This document shows, piece by piece, positions 24,417 through 38,859 of a DNA stretch of 64,000 nt. The notes beneath the pieces were generated by a model. It did not search any database. It was not told where the DNA came from and was given only the letters and a program-made list of their open reading frames with translations. Made by a program: the position numbers and the translations under genes. Within the stretch, counting starts at the first letter, position 1, and each line of letters opens with the position of its first letter. Source of the stretch: Octopus bimaculoides (lineage: Eukaryota). The DNA is taken from NCBI RefSeq assembly GCF_001194135.2, contig NC_068997.1, positions 38,701,651 to 38,765,650 of the forward strand, read 5' to 3'.

Positions 24417-25984
24417 GTATATATGTACATTAAATTCTGATATACTGTCTCAAATATAGTTCATGCATTTTTTTCTTTTAAATTTTATCAAACATAACAG
24501 AAGAGTTTAAAACCGGTTATTTATGGCAACTTCTGTATGCCAATCATGTAGTCTTCATGCCTGCATTTGTTGCTGTATTAAACAAGACATTCCAAATCTG
24601 AAAGCAAAGCCTAAAGTCAAAGAGCTTAAAGTAAACCAAATAAAGGGAAAAAATTTCGTTTGTAAGAGAGAAGACAAAACTCATCTGCTGTTTGGGAAGT
24701 AGCCATACTCAATATGGAGAAAGAATAGGTAAAAATTCCATAAGTATACCCAGTGTAAACTATAAAAGGTGCATTGGGGTGTTATGCAGGCTGACAAAGA
24801 AGGAAAACTTTATGACATACAGTAATAGGTAGCAATAAGAGCATTCATGGAATGAATTTCCTTAAATGTTTGGTAAAATTTTCTAAAAGTATTGATAATT
24901 TCTGTTACCTTGGGAACTTAATCAGCAGTGAAAATGGAAATCTGAAAGTATGGCAACCAGAGTGGGATAGGTAAAGTTTGGGGAGCATTTATCTCTGCTG
25001 GCAACCATATAATTCTTTTTCTCAGTGAAAGGCAGATTGTACAATGTTTGAATATCAAATGTTAGTGAAACATGGAAATTGAATTCAGGGGACATATGAA
25101 GGCGGGAGAAAAATGGCATTTGCATGCTCTGTTGGTTATATCTTATTGATACACATATATGAACAGTGTGCACAAATTTACTGAGAAAACAATTTAGGTA
25201 TAAGAGTAATTGGATGTAGCCAGCGAGAGAAAAGGCAGTTTTGGTTCTGACATGTATGGCAGATGATAGTTAAGTAATGAAAGTTGAAGATTATAAAGGA
25301 CCATGACAAAAGGTGAGACGTTATGTTGGAAAGACTCATCCATGCAAACAGGAATTTGGACAGTTAAATTCACATCAAATTAATGTTTGTGTATATGAAG
25401 TGCATTAAAGGGAGAGCATTTGTTTATTAAATTTCGAAATTATCCCCCATGAAGCATAAGAGCCTAAGGCTGCAGATACATTAACTATAATTATATGAAC
25501 TTGAAGTACTACTGAGGTATTTCAAAACCTATAAAATAAACAGATGATTTATTACAGATGTCATAAATAAGAAATATTTGCCAGTTAAATAAATTTTTAT
25601 CTGAATTACAAGAAAATGTTAAGTAAATTCTGATTAAATAACTAATGTATATTTAAAAATCTGTTTTATATACATATATATTGCAAATCTGCTTAAAACA
25701 GAGACTGTTAAAAAAACGAACAAATCAGTTGTTGATTAATGTTCTCAAATATTTATTGAGATTTAATTATTAAATTCATCAGTCATAGTATTAAATATGC
25801 AAGACGTGAATAGATAAACAAACTCAGCATTTCAAAAAGCATATACTAAAAGGTATTGTCTTTGGGAAGTGTCATAATTAATGAAGTCTATAAACATACT
25901 TCCCAGTTTTTGTTTGTCTGTATTTCACTTCCTTTTCTTTCTCCAAAGCAATTGCCTGTGTCCACCAAAATAGTTTTCATTACA

Positions 25985-26235
25985 TGCCAGTGACGTGTAA
26001 GAGGCACCTGTATCAATTATGCGTAAAAGGTACCCATGTCAGTGACATGTAAAAGGCACCTGAGCTGATGACATGTAAAAGACACCCGTTGGCATTAGGA
26101 AGGGCATCCAGCCCTAGAAACCAAGCCAAAACAGACTGGAGCCTGGTGCAGCTTTCTGGCTTACCAGTTCCAGTCAAACTGTCTTACCCATGCCAGCATG
26201 AAAAATGGATGCTAAATGATGATGATTATGATGAC
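25985..26235 (+). mobile_element. RTE-tail element with short tandem subrepeats
   Basis: Repeated GTGACATGTAAAAGGCACC-like units, then GTTGGCATTAGGAAGGGCATCC and a GAT tail. Confidence 0.75.
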
Positions 26236-26820
26236 ATTTACCTGTATATAGGTGTATATTGTTAAATGCTCGGTTTTTAGTTTTTAACTGATTTCACTAT
26301 TATATTTTTTTCATGAGTGTGAGTTAATGACATCAGTGTTTATTTACTTTGCTGCCTTTTATTGTAACTAACTTAAGAACACATTTATGTTTGCGTTTTT
26401 CATTTCAGTTGCTTTTGGACTTATTTTGTCATAAGGTTGGGTCTTTTGGATGATTGAAAAAACTTTTTACTTAATCATTTTTCTTTTTATTAAACCATTG
26501 TGTTCCTGTATAGCATATTGATAGCACACAGATGTTGGTTTCATTTGATATGTTCTGCATTCCTTTCATATGAGCTGTGGGAAGTTTCTCCTATGTACAT
26601 TATGGTGATGTCCCTACATTGCTTTTCAGTGTTTCTCATACGGTACACAATGTCTCTAGTTTTGCGGTTTATTTTTGTGGTTTGTTGTGCATAGGTGTTT
26701 TCTTGAATGAGTATGGCTTACATAGTTGTAATTTAACGAAATGGGGTCACTAACCTTATTTCGGTCTCCATGGCTGATGAGAAGCATTCCGCATTTGTCC
26801 TTTTTTGTTAATTGTTTCCA

Positions 26821-27140
26821 TATCACCATCATCATCATCTTCCAGGCATGCATGGGTAGGATGGTTGACAAGCACCGGCCAGGTAGAAAATCTATTCAAG
26901 GCTACTGTGTCTGTTTTGGCAGGGATTTTACAGCTGGATGCCCTTCCTAATACCAACCACTCCACAGAGTGGACTCAGTGCTTTTTACGTGGCACTAGCC
27001 CAGGCAAAGTTAGTTTTGGCAAGATTTTTACAGCTGGATGTCCTTCCAGATGCCAACCATGTTACAGTGTGGACTGGATGCTTTTAATATGGCACCAGCA
27101 CTGGCAGAGTAACCAAGTAACTCAAAAGACAAGGAATTAC
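26821..27140 (-). mobile_element. RTE-tail element, dimeric-module subfamily
   Basis: Two tandem TTTTACAGCTGGATG..CCAACCA..GTGGCAC modules; same layout as 58441-58745. Confidence 0.8.
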
Positions 27141-27439
27141 TAATCTAGTCACCTAAATAGCAAAAACTATCTGCTACCTCAAGACAATCTGTTGGGCATT
27201 AGTACTTACTGTTCCTGTGTATCTGCTACACATGAAAGCAACCTTATATGATGACCTTCCCACAATTCCCCTGCATCTCTTATGAGTCCATAGGTTACAC
27301 TTGGTGCAGCAAATGGAATGACATCCCACTCATTTCCTACATATTGAATGAACAAGGCCATTTGCCAGCCGGAACGAGAGTCTTATCTCCTTTCTTGCTA
27401 ACAGCAAAAACACAGATAAACAGACAGACAGACACATGC

Positions 27440-27600
27440 ACGACAAGCTTCCACACAATTTCTGTCAACCAAATTTATTCACAAAGCATTGGTTGATCTG
27501 GAGTTATAGTAGAATACACTTGCCCAATGTGTCATGCAGTGGGACTGAACCTTGAAACCATGTGGTTGCCAAGCAAGCTTTTTAACCACACAGCCATCCC
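27440..27600 (-). mobile_element. SINE family 1 head
   Basis: CACTTGCCCAA..GTGGGACTGAACC..ACCACACAGCC (reverse of tRNA-like head). Confidence 0.75.
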
Positions 27601-27621
27601 CATGCATGTTTGTGTACGTGT

Positions 27622-27653
<32 letters not shown>

Positions 27654-28844
27654 TTATATACACATTTATATAAAAGACAAAAATGATTGGCAACAAGCAG
27701 TGTTCAAGAACATCTACCCAGTTATGTTGGCATGGTGTGACTGAGACCCTGAAAGTAAAATGTGTAGATGCACAACTGGGTCTCTGCTAAATCTATAACT
27801 GCTGCTTCTCCTCACCCTTTCCCAGCACTCAGTTCCCTCTGTTGAGCCACTACCCATTGACTTCCATAACTTGTTCTTACTATTGCCCTCCGCCAACCTT
27901 GCCTATATCCATCTCTCACTCTTGCCCACTAACAACCTTTAACCCTACAATTCCCCCCTCTATCTCCCATCCCTCCATTATTCTCCTGTCTAATGTATTC
28001 TGTAACTACAAAGCATACCATATTGCCATTTCTGTATTGCCAGTCGTCACTTCCTCTCCTCTATCACTTCCAGTTAGCATCCATCCTCACTCTTTTCATC
28101 ATCCCGCCAGTCATTTACCACCCTCAGCCGTCTCCACTATTCACTACATTCACTCCCTATATGCATCTGAACCCTTCCACCCACATGTTTATATTCATCT
28201 CTCACTCCTCTCCCACAGTGTTATAATTTTACCCACCCTCCCTGACTCTTCTGTTTCCACACTCTCTATTATTCGCCTTCTGGCACATTTTACCATGAAA
28301 GTATGTCCCAGTACTTTGTTACCATTACATTAACCTTTGTTTTGGGCACCACTCCAGCTTTTCTCATCTACCCATGTAAAATGCAAAGTAGCCATTGATC
28401 TCTGCCACAGCGGTAAACCTGTTTCTGCTCCTCCTGTCTTACTATAACCTCTTGAAACCGTGTTTAAAGTGAGCACCGTGTTTGACTTCTCTTTCAGTTG
28501 CAGGGGTTCAATACTTTTGCAAGCTCCAAGAAGACTACAAGGAATCACAAATGGGACTGAGTACACTTTGTAGAGTTGGTGATGATGGGAGTAGTACTCA
28601 ACTATAGAAACCATGACACAATTGAAACACCAGAGCAATACATGATCCTCTGATCTGTTGGATATGTAACAAGTTCAACCCATATTCCAGCAGGGAAAGC
28701 AAAGATGAGGACACACACAGATATGTGCATGCACATACTCACACACACACACACGTTTTTATATCTTTAATAACTGAGTAGGGATGTAAACAAACAAATG
28801 CACTCCCATACTTATACCAACATAAAGTATATGTGTGTATACAT

Positions 28845-29215
28845 ATCATTATCATTTAACATCCTATTTTCCATGCTGGCATGAGTTGGATGGTTTGACA
28901 TCGCCTCTAAGTCTCAGCATCTTGAGATCAGCCTTCATTACTTTGTTCCATGTCTTCTTGGGTCACCCTCTTCTACAAGTTCCATCCTCTTTAAGTGATC
29001 AGTATATGTGTGTGTGTGTGTGTGTGTGTACATATCATCACCATTTAACATTCCATTTTCTATGTTGGTATGGTTTGAATGGTTTGACAGGATCTGGTGA
29101 GCTGCAAAGCTGTGTTGAGCTCCAATGTCAGCTTTGGCATGACTTCTACAGCTGGATGCCCTTCCTAATGCCAGCCAACAGTATACTGGATGCTCTTTTT
29201 TTGTGCTACTGGCAC
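28845..29215 (-). mobile_element. two adjacent RTE-tail elements
   Basis: CATTTAACATCC..TTCCATGCTGGCATG at ~28853 and again at ~29042; GCTGGATGCCCTTCCTAATGCC at ~29151. Confidence 0.7.
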
Positions 29216-30167
29216 TAATGTGGTTGTTGCATAATTTGCAAGACAGAAAAAGAAGAGAGGAAAAGGAAAATGCTCTCACTTCTGAGAGGTGAATATTTGA
29301 GAGGGGGAAGGTGGAGGTGGGTGGTTTTATACCAAGTGTTGTAAAGTATGATAGGACAGGCACAGGTGTCTTATTATAGAGGAGATACATAGCTGAAAGT
29401 GTTAAAAAGGAAGGTAGTGATGGGGTGCTAGAGCAAATTCTCAAGCTACAAGAGGGTAAAGCATAAGATAGGATATAAACAGTGGATCATGGGAAAGGAT
29501 GACAGTGGATACTTTCATAAGAGCAGGTCAGGGTTGAGGTGAATATAATGAATGATGAACAAGGGTGGAGGTGCAGTTGAAGGGAAGTATTAGTATGGAG
29601 AGGGAGATGTAAGGTGAAAGATGTAGGAGTGGCTCAGAAAGGAAAATAGATTAGAATGTAGTGGGATGATATGCAAGGTTTAGGAGCTGTGGGGAGGGAG
29701 ATATAGAGGTATATAAGGGGCTATAGTAAATAAAGCATGATGGTAGATATGAAGGCATTGAGACAATTCATAAGGGAGGTGTTAAGAATGGAATATATCA
29801 GAGAAGAGAGAGCTCTGGGTGAAAGCACAGCAAGGAGGTGATTGGTAGAAATAGTGTGGGCAGGGATGATAATGAGGAATGGTGATGAGTGGAGGAGGAA
29901 GCTTCTATGGTGGTGAGTGGAGGAAGAAGTTGGCCAGAAGGGAGGGGATGTAATAGGCACCAATTCTGCACTCAGGTCATTACAGCAGCTGAGGAGTACC
30001 ATAGATGAGGGAGGGAAAGTGGTAGAAGTTAGGAGATGAGAATGGGGGGAATGATTGATGTATCATATAGAGAAGAGGAGAGGGGCAGGACCCTCCATAT
30101 ACAAGCATAATGGAGTGGTTTTAGGGTACCATTTTCTGCTGTAATTGATGACTTGTCAAGTGGTGGT

Positions 30168-30203
<36 letters not shown>

Positions 30204-30534
30204 CGCATGTAATATTTTGGACTAATGAGTATATGTTAATTAGTGTGCTGATGTGTTGAGTAAAGCACTGGTTCAGTTTAGGCTACCTGGTGTCATCCGC
30301 AGTCGGGGTATATTTCTGTTGGATCTATTTCAGGAATTCCACAGTATTAGTTGAGATAATAATCGAATAGGTCAACTGAAGATGGAATTGACATAACTCT
30401 TTATTTTATATGATGGGTCAAAACAATTGTACAACAAAATGAGTTGTACCAATTCCTTCTATTTATTGAGTTGATTANNNNNNNNNNNNNNNNNNNNNNN
30501 NNNNNNNNNNNNNNNNNNNNNNNNNNNNNNNNNN

Positions 30535-30565
<31 letters not shown>

Positions 30566-30774
30566 CAATTAAAAGGGTAAAGGATTATCAATTTATTAAT
30601 TTATTAATAAATTAATAATTAATAATTTTTACCAAGCCCTTCGGTATGTAAACACCATTATCGGTGAAGAACTTATTTAAGAGTTGGAGTTTTCAGCACT
30701 TTAGCTGCTATTTCTGAACTTAGGTATGTGGTGAAGCAACTGTTGCTGATCCCTTAATTATGTTTATATATATA

Positions 30775-30925
30775 CACTGGCTTCTTTCAGTTTCTGTCTG
30801 CCAATTCACAAGGCTTTGGTTGGCCTGAAGTTATAGTAGAAGGCACTTGCCCAAGGTGCCACCCAGTGGGACTGAACCTGGAAGCATTTTGTTGGGAGGC
30901 AAGCTTTTTGTCACACAACTACATC
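30775..30925 (-). mobile_element. SINE family 1 head
   Basis: CACAAGGCTTTGGTTGGCC..CACTTGCCCAAGGTGCCACCCAGTGGGACTGAACC. Confidence 0.75.
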
Positions 30926-31994
30926 CAAAAAATAAATGTTGAAAATTAAAAAAAAAAAGAAAGAATCAAGACAATTAAAAAATTAAATTAAATTAAAAAA
31001 AGTAAATAGATAAATAATTAATAGGTAACTTATCAAAAAAAGGTGTTCATTTTTGGGTCAGGGGATCTTGCTGATCTAATATGTAAATTTCGGGATGTCT
31101 TTTCTAACACCACCCCTTTGCAGTATGTTTTGGGTAAGAAATTATCGCTGTCTGTCATGTCCTGGATAAGAAAAGTCTTTGGGTCCACCTAACCCTACAT
31201 TGTCTGGCATTAGTGCTTGAGTGATTGTCATGTCCTCAGCCCTTGAAGATGAAGGTTTTTTTTTTGATTTTACATCATCTTCATTTGTTTGCCAATCACT
31301 TTGCAGAGTGTACTGGCTACATTTTATTGCAGCATCAACACTAGCGATGTTGCTTTGTAACTTACAAAATTGCTTTGATTGTTCTTGTTCCTATGGCCCA
31401 ATGTGACAGATAGACTGGGTAGCAGGATAGGGTGTTTCCAGAAAGATAACTAGTTTGGTGGGGTGGCAGGTGGGGAGGAAGGCAAGAGCTTGAAGGTAAA
31501 GGCAGAGTAAAGAGACAATGTTAGAATTAATGGAAGAGACAGTTATGGTGGAGTGTAATGAGAGAGGGCCAGTAATGGGGAGAGAAGAGAGAACAGAGGA
31601 TAAATTGTTGTATAAATGGACAGTGGTAAGAGTGTGGTAGATGTGATTAGCTGTATAGAGGAATTTACTGGTAAAAGAAGGCATGAGTGAAGGTTGGGAG
31701 AGGTGGGGGTGTATTGGATCTGATGCAATCCTTCATTTATCAGGCTTTGTGATGGAGGATACTAAAAGCTGTTACATATTTGCTTGTAGAAGAAAGAGTG
31801 GATGTTTGTGTGTACGTGTATCAGATACCAGCAAATCTGATGCGGTCTCATTACTTGAGTACCTATATACTAGAAAGTGAGAGAAAGAAAGAGAAAGTCA
31901 CTAAAATTACCACTGGGTTTTCCTGAGCACATGATGCCATGGAATATCTTGTAAAGAAATGTTTTAGATTTCAGTTCAACTAATGGGTAACCTT

Positions 31995-32160
31995 TTCAAA
32001 TTTAAGCACAAGGCCAGTAAATTCAGGAGAGGGGATAAATTGATTACATTGATTCCAGTGTTTAACTGGTACTTATTTTTATCAAAACTGAAAGGATAAT
32101 GGCAAAGTTGACCTCAGCAGAATCTGAACTCATAATGTAAAGACAGATGAAATATCACTA
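31995..32160 (-). mobile_element. SINE family 2
   Basis: Reverse complement of the family at 15661 (AACTGGTACTTATTTT..AAAGTTGACCTCAGCAGAATCTGAACTC). Confidence 0.7.
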
Positions 32161-35100
32161 TTGTCATCTTCATAAATACTTTCCAAAAGAAGTGGTCTTA
32201 GTATGTTCCCTTGACCAGCCTTCCTTTTTTTTTGATACCCAACACTCCTCGACAGTTTCCTTCCTCATCTACCGTATCTGTTTGCCTGATCTTCCGTATC
32301 ATTGATGATTATCTCTAGTTTTTTTATTTTTAGATTTTTTTGAATAATTCTTAGCCAGCTCTTTATGGTGATTTTCTTTTTTACTTTCCATTCTTATGGC
32401 CAGGAATGTGTGAGTGGTTTGTTAAGAAATCTTAACTGATTCAGGTGATTGATGTGAACTTAACAATGCAACTCCTGTTTCTGAATTCATATACAAATGA
32501 CTAGCTTGCAACAAGTTTGTTTAATATGATCGTTCCACAGTTAGTTTATCCACAGTAGCTCAAGGTTTCCAACATGTCTAAATTACTCTGGTGTCCTGCC
32601 CATCCTTTGGTACTGTCAAATAATAAAGATATTGTCATATCTAACAAGATCTCTTTATATTTTACCATATTTATGACATGGTTGATCTTTGTTTTTGCCA
32701 AAGTTTGTAAAAGATAGATATCACCTATGACATAAGATGAAAGCTTATCAGTGAATTTATCTTGTAGAATCTGTAAGTGATGTTAAGTGGAAGAAAGATT
32801 TGAAGAATCCCGAACCTGGTTGATTATGATCACATCCACTCATCGTATGCATTAGATTAACTGTTGATAGCATATAAGGATATTGTGAGCTTTTTTAATT
32901 ATTGAAATTATTCCAAATTACTGAAATTATTTTCTCTCATGCTTGTTCTAGTGAAAACTAGATAATGAAGAGAGGAATGATATTTTGAATAAAAATAAAG
33001 TGATTCCAGCTGCAGAAAAATTTAGCAATTTATGTAACTAACTAATACATTGATTACTCTCACTTTTAAATGTGTACAATATGTTCCATTCGTCACTTTT
33101 AATTGGTGACCATGATGGTCAGCAATATAGTGGGTTGTTTGTTATCCACTGCCTTGTCAGCATGTTTTGTCACATTAATCTGCCTTCCTTTATGCTGAAC
33201 AAACCAGGTATCAGAGCAGCAATTAGCCACTGATCCTCACTGTTAGCCAGCACTGGTAAGTGTATTTCTGGATGAGTGCAAAGTAGTACATACCTTTGTT
33301 TTAGTTGTATGTATGTTGGTGGTATCCCAGCATAGCCATAGCAAACTGGTTAGAACAAATCAAAGGGAAAATGATAAAGCAAAATATAGCAACACAAAGG
33401 TACATATATTATATAAAAACAAACAATAGAACAAAAATATTGTTATTCCACAGACATAAAACATCCAGTAATAGAATAAAAAGTTGCAGTGAGGGAAAAG
33501 ACTTGGGAATACTGGATGTGAGAGAGCTATTGGAGTAATCAAAAGATTTATGATTGCTACTACTTTAAGCTGAGAGACAAGTTACTTTTCACAATAGTAT
33601 ATCTAAGAGGATATTCTCAGAAACTGAAGCTAACTGAAGAGCACAGCTCTCAACTTTGGTTGCGGTGCTCTTTGATTATGCTTTTTTGTCTTTAAATAAC
33701 CAAAAGTTACATTTAGTGATTATGGGTTTGTAAAGAAAACAAGCAAGGGAAATAATACTACAGACAACTTGTCAGCTATGTGATTTAGTTCTGAAGATAA
33801 TGCATTGATTGAATAACCAATCCATTAATATTCATTTCAAATAATGAATTGACATAATGTTTTAGTATAATTTTTCTTTGGAAAAGAAATATCATGAACA
33901 TGACAATTTGAGATTTAAACAATTCTTAAAAAATATGGAATTGTTAATTAATAGATTTCTGATTCCAATAATTATGTATTTTTTTAATGTTATTATTGAC
34001 ATCTTTTCTTTGATTATTTATTTTTGGAATACTCATAATTTCCATTTTTAAGTAATATACATTTGTTTTATTTTGTTGCTGACATTTTTCTAATTTTAAA
34101 TAATTTTTCTTTATTGCTGATGATGGTGCATATTTTGCACTCACTTTAAAGTGAAACCGGTCCAAGTACTCATTAGTTACATAAAGGTGCTTTATTTTCT
34201 TTTCTTTTCTTTGTAGTTTCAATCACTTATTTTTATTCTAGAACACCATTTCTCTTTTCTTTTCCTGGCCCTGACTTGAGAGAGCTTGGAAGAAAATCTA
34301 ATCATTTTTCATTTTACAATTACAAATGACAAAATCCTTATCTACTATCTACTGATGTAATGGAGATAACTGGTTGCTACTAAAAGGTTGGGTCAATTGG
34401 TATAATTGATGATCAGGAGAGAGAGGGAAGAAGAAACAGTAGTAATTATAAAATTTCATCATCAAGTTGCATTTCAACAGACATAATTTTACTTTTGCAG
34501 TTAATTAATGTTATTTCAGTATATCTGTTATACATCAAAATAATTATTATTCAAATTTTCCTTTAGGTTTCAATTTTAATTAAAATTTATCACAATGCTT
34601 TGCAATGAGTTTCATCAGTTTATATGTTTATCTCTGTAATTCAATATTAATTTAAAATATCTATAGATTAAAATAGCTTCAAAACAACACCATTACATTT
34701 TGTTCAAATTATTGTGTTGGCACTCATCCTTTTTTTTTATTCAAACACACTTGAGTTAACTAGCTTTTTGATAAAAACCTTAATTCATTTTTTAAAATTT
34801 CAAGTTGGCAAATCAGATCACATTTGCAATTTTATTTTGAATTTGATTGCAGTCTCCTGGTTTTTGGTTAATTTATTTTTGTAATTTTACATCTTTGCAA
34901 CAGCTGTGGTTATAGCTAAATAATACCCTTTCTAATACCAACCCCTTTATCAAGTTTTAATAACCTGCATTAAGGATTATTTTATCAGCTATTTACCTGC
35001 TATTCCTATAGCATCACATATTTCATTTGTGTACTTTCCTGTATTGTTTTGTTGCATGTGAAGGGATTATTTCTACCAATCTATTAGCCCCATTTGTGGG

Positions 35101-38100
35101 TTTCTGTTTTGCTTTTTTTCCCCCCCTTTAAACTTCAGATTGTATTTGCTGTTTTTGGTGATGTCACATGAAAACAGATTATACAAGTTGAAATTCAATG
35201 CTCTCAATTTAAAAATTAGGTGAGGAGGAAGGCATGATATTTTAACTTTGCTCCACAAATAAAACATCTTTTCTGAAGCAAAGTTTCTTCAATACTTCAA
35301 TTTCAGCTTGTTTATGAAGCAATGAAGATGTTGGTTTATAACAAAGTGTAATGTGTTATTAATGAAATATCATTAGTGTTAAATGGTGGCCATGCAAATA
35401 AAGATAAATAAAAATGACAAAGGAAAAAAGAAAGTAATTCCAATATCAAAATTATTTTATAAAAATAACTGGATCATAATGGGCTCAGAAAATGTGTAAT
35501 GAAATATAACAAATAAGGATAACAACAATATGCATAAATTCAAATTTATCATCACACATATACTTAGTTAAAAAATACTGTGACTGTATATATGCATTTA
35601 TGTGTATGTGAGATGTCCTTCCACTAGTTATGCTTCTGCATGTGTTATAGGACATTAAAGACAAAAAGAGTAGTGTGTTTGTGCGAGAGCATCATCTTGT
35701 GTTTTCCTCTCGATTCTTGCTAAATGAGAAACAATTCTGTTTTTGTTTTTTTTTTATTGTTGACAACACTACTTATCTTCTGAAATATCCTTCAAACTTT
35801 ACACTCAGAAGTAAAAAATGGTTCTTGGCATAAAAGAGGGACTTGATTGGCTGCAATCAAAGATTGCATACCTGATTGTGAGGTTGTCCAAAATGAAATA
35901 TTGTTGATATGCATTGGGTTTGATTCTTGACAAGAACTGGTCCACTAGGAGTATCATCTCACAGAGAGTAGGTAAGATAGAGTAAGAGTTAGCAGGTGAA
36001 GAAGATATAGTAAGAGATATTTTACATATCTCACTGTTTGCTTTTAAGTAGGACAATATTTTAATTTAGAATATTCAATCTAGAAAATTTTATTTCTTTT
36101 TTGTGTAAGGAAAGAAGCTTAGTAATTTAACATCATTTAGAAATAGAAATAAATTCTATTTTCTGGAAAATCCTTTGATTTTTGTAGCATTTTATTTGTT
36201 TGAAATCTGTCTCTGGATGTCAGTGTAGCAATAATAATTGTCCCTGAAACCAATTAAACTAACTTCTGCTTTTTTAAAAATTTCTTTCTTTCATTAAAAG
36301 AATGATTTTCAAAGTTTGTTTTCTGACCACTAACCCATGCATGTGTATGCTAACATTCACACCCCACATATTTACACATACACACTTTATTATTTCAAAC
36401 ATAAATATGTTAAGTATAAAAGAAAAAACGAAAACATCTGTTAAGATACTGAATATTTTCATTAAATTTCTTTATTAGTCTTTTTCTTGCAGTGTTACAT
36501 ATGGTTACCATAGTACTAGAATAATTGTAGAATAACTCCTAAATGATTGGAGTGAAATTCTCATGCTATTTAAACTACATTTTGCTGCACTAGGATTATT
36601 AACATTTTTTCTCTCACAAATTGTATTTAACTTTTCAACTTTGATATTGAATTTACCTTGCAATCTCACTGGGCAATTTTGTAATATTTAAAAATGTTTC
36701 CTTGTTTTTGTGAAATTTTACCTCTTTCTGTTGTTAGCATCTTTTCTAATGTCTTTCGCTATTATTTTTTTCATTTTGTAAAACCTCAAAACTAGCTACC
36801 TTTTTCCTTTTAAGTTGTTTATCCTTTACTGCTGTTATTGTTTTTCTTCCATATTTGAGTATCAACTATCTATTCATACTCTTTTGTTTTAATTATTTTA
36901 TTCCTTAATATTACAACCCTCATTTACTTCTTAATTCCTCTCTGATTGGGGCAAAATGATTTCCTTCATTCCTTGGATTTCGAAAACTAAATAAAATTAT
37001 AGAAGACACCTAGTGTTAAAAATTGTATTGATTTTTAGTTTTAGTGACATGTTGAGAAGTAATAAACAATAGAATGAAAGAAAACAAAACTGAAAGAAAA
37101 GAAATCACAGACTCATGAATCTAAGAAAAACAAAGAAATGTATAATGTAACAGTTTCTGTTTTGGATTTAGCTAGATGACAAGGTGTAATGTTTTGAATA
37201 GTTCATTTTTTCCTCTATCAAATGAGTTTAAAATTATGAAATTTGGTTCAGTGCTAACAGTAGGAATAATATTACTTTCTTGATAACGATATTAATAAAA
37301 CGATTTTTCATTTTGGCTGCATTTTATTTCACATCAATACTTTTTTTGTTGACTTCAATGATTGTTGTTATTGATGTAGGTTTACTAGCCTTGAAAATAA
37401 CAGGAAGCAAATCATGAAACACTTGTTGCTTTTCACCATGAATTTTCAAACAGAAAGTGAGAAATGATTGCAAAAATTTTATAAGTAAACATATTAAAAT
37501 ATGTACCTTACACTTACTACGCATACACATTTGTTGGTAATTTATTTTGTTTAAATAAATGTTTCTTGTTTCATATTTATTTCTTGCTATTATCTCTCAA
37601 ACTTTAATACTGGAATCATCGTATTCTAAATATTCTTTTCAATACTTTCATCAGAATGTATGTTCATATTATATAAACGGAAGTCATATTTTTCAGTTTT
37701 AAATGTGGAACAACATTCAATTGAAACACCAAGAATATATAAACATGATACATCTATTTGTGTGTGTATGTGTGTGTGTGTACACAAGTGCAATTAAAAT
37801 ATTTTTTATAATTGCAGAACACACACACATATATACACTACATACATAATTCTTTGGTTCTTATTGGTAAAGTCATTTGTCTCTATAGGTAAGATGTCTC
37901 TTACAACATTAATAATAGTTAGTCTCTGATGTTTGGGGACTGTCCAAGTAGATTAGAGCTGCTCTTTCCATCTTTAATTTAGTCTTCTTTAGGATTATTC
38001 ACCTTTAGTTATCTTCTGTTGGTTTTCTTTCTCCTTTTTATTTCATTCAGAGTTGCTCATGCAAGAGAAAGTTGTGAGTTTTCTGCAGTAGTTTCCATTA

Positions 38101-38859
38101 TAGTTATTCTATCCTGAAGATGAGCTTTGAGTCCTTGTTTATAGATTTTATCAAGTTGTTGTTTTGCATTTTCCAATGTTACTTAGCTCTTATGAGTTTA
38201 TTTATTTTTGTTATAGTTTTATATATTTCTTTCATTTCTTCTCTTTTCTTAGCTATTTCTTTGCTTTTCCATGGGATATGGTTGTTCATTTCCTTCTACT
38301 TTTGGAATATTTGCTTCTGCTGCATTTCCATGTGCATTTACGACATTTAAACCTGGCATTTATGACATCACCTAAAATTTATAATACTGTGAAGTGCTTT
38401 TTGATTTCAACTCTGTATGAATTTCTCACAGCTGCATCACTGATATGTTTCTTTCATAATGTACTCACTTTCTACATAAGTTCTTATTTAAATTTCAAGC
38501 TCAACTTGAACTTTCCTGTCACAATCTTATGGTTAGAGTTGGCAGTAAAATATGTAGGCTTTGCAGTTCATATTGCATGAATACACACACATGCATGATT
38601 CTACCTAGCCATAGTGGTACCAATAACTGATTGTTAGAACTTACTGTGCTTATACTTCAGTGTTTGTAAGATCTGGTGGTAAAGAGTGTGAATGATCTGA
38701 TGCTCTGTGCTCTAGACTCTTATATGACCCAGCATGTCAGTGCAGGGCATAAATTAATAGATAAATGACAAAGGTATGTAAATCTATAAGTAGGCTTTTG
38801 TTTATGTATATACATCCCTATACTGATGTATGCATGCATAAGTATAGGGATGTATATGC

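Noticed and set aside
27790-28500. Long S/P/L/H-rich ORFs over CT-rich DNA
   Set aside because: A compositional effect of low-complexity repeat bodies; no splice structure or domain.
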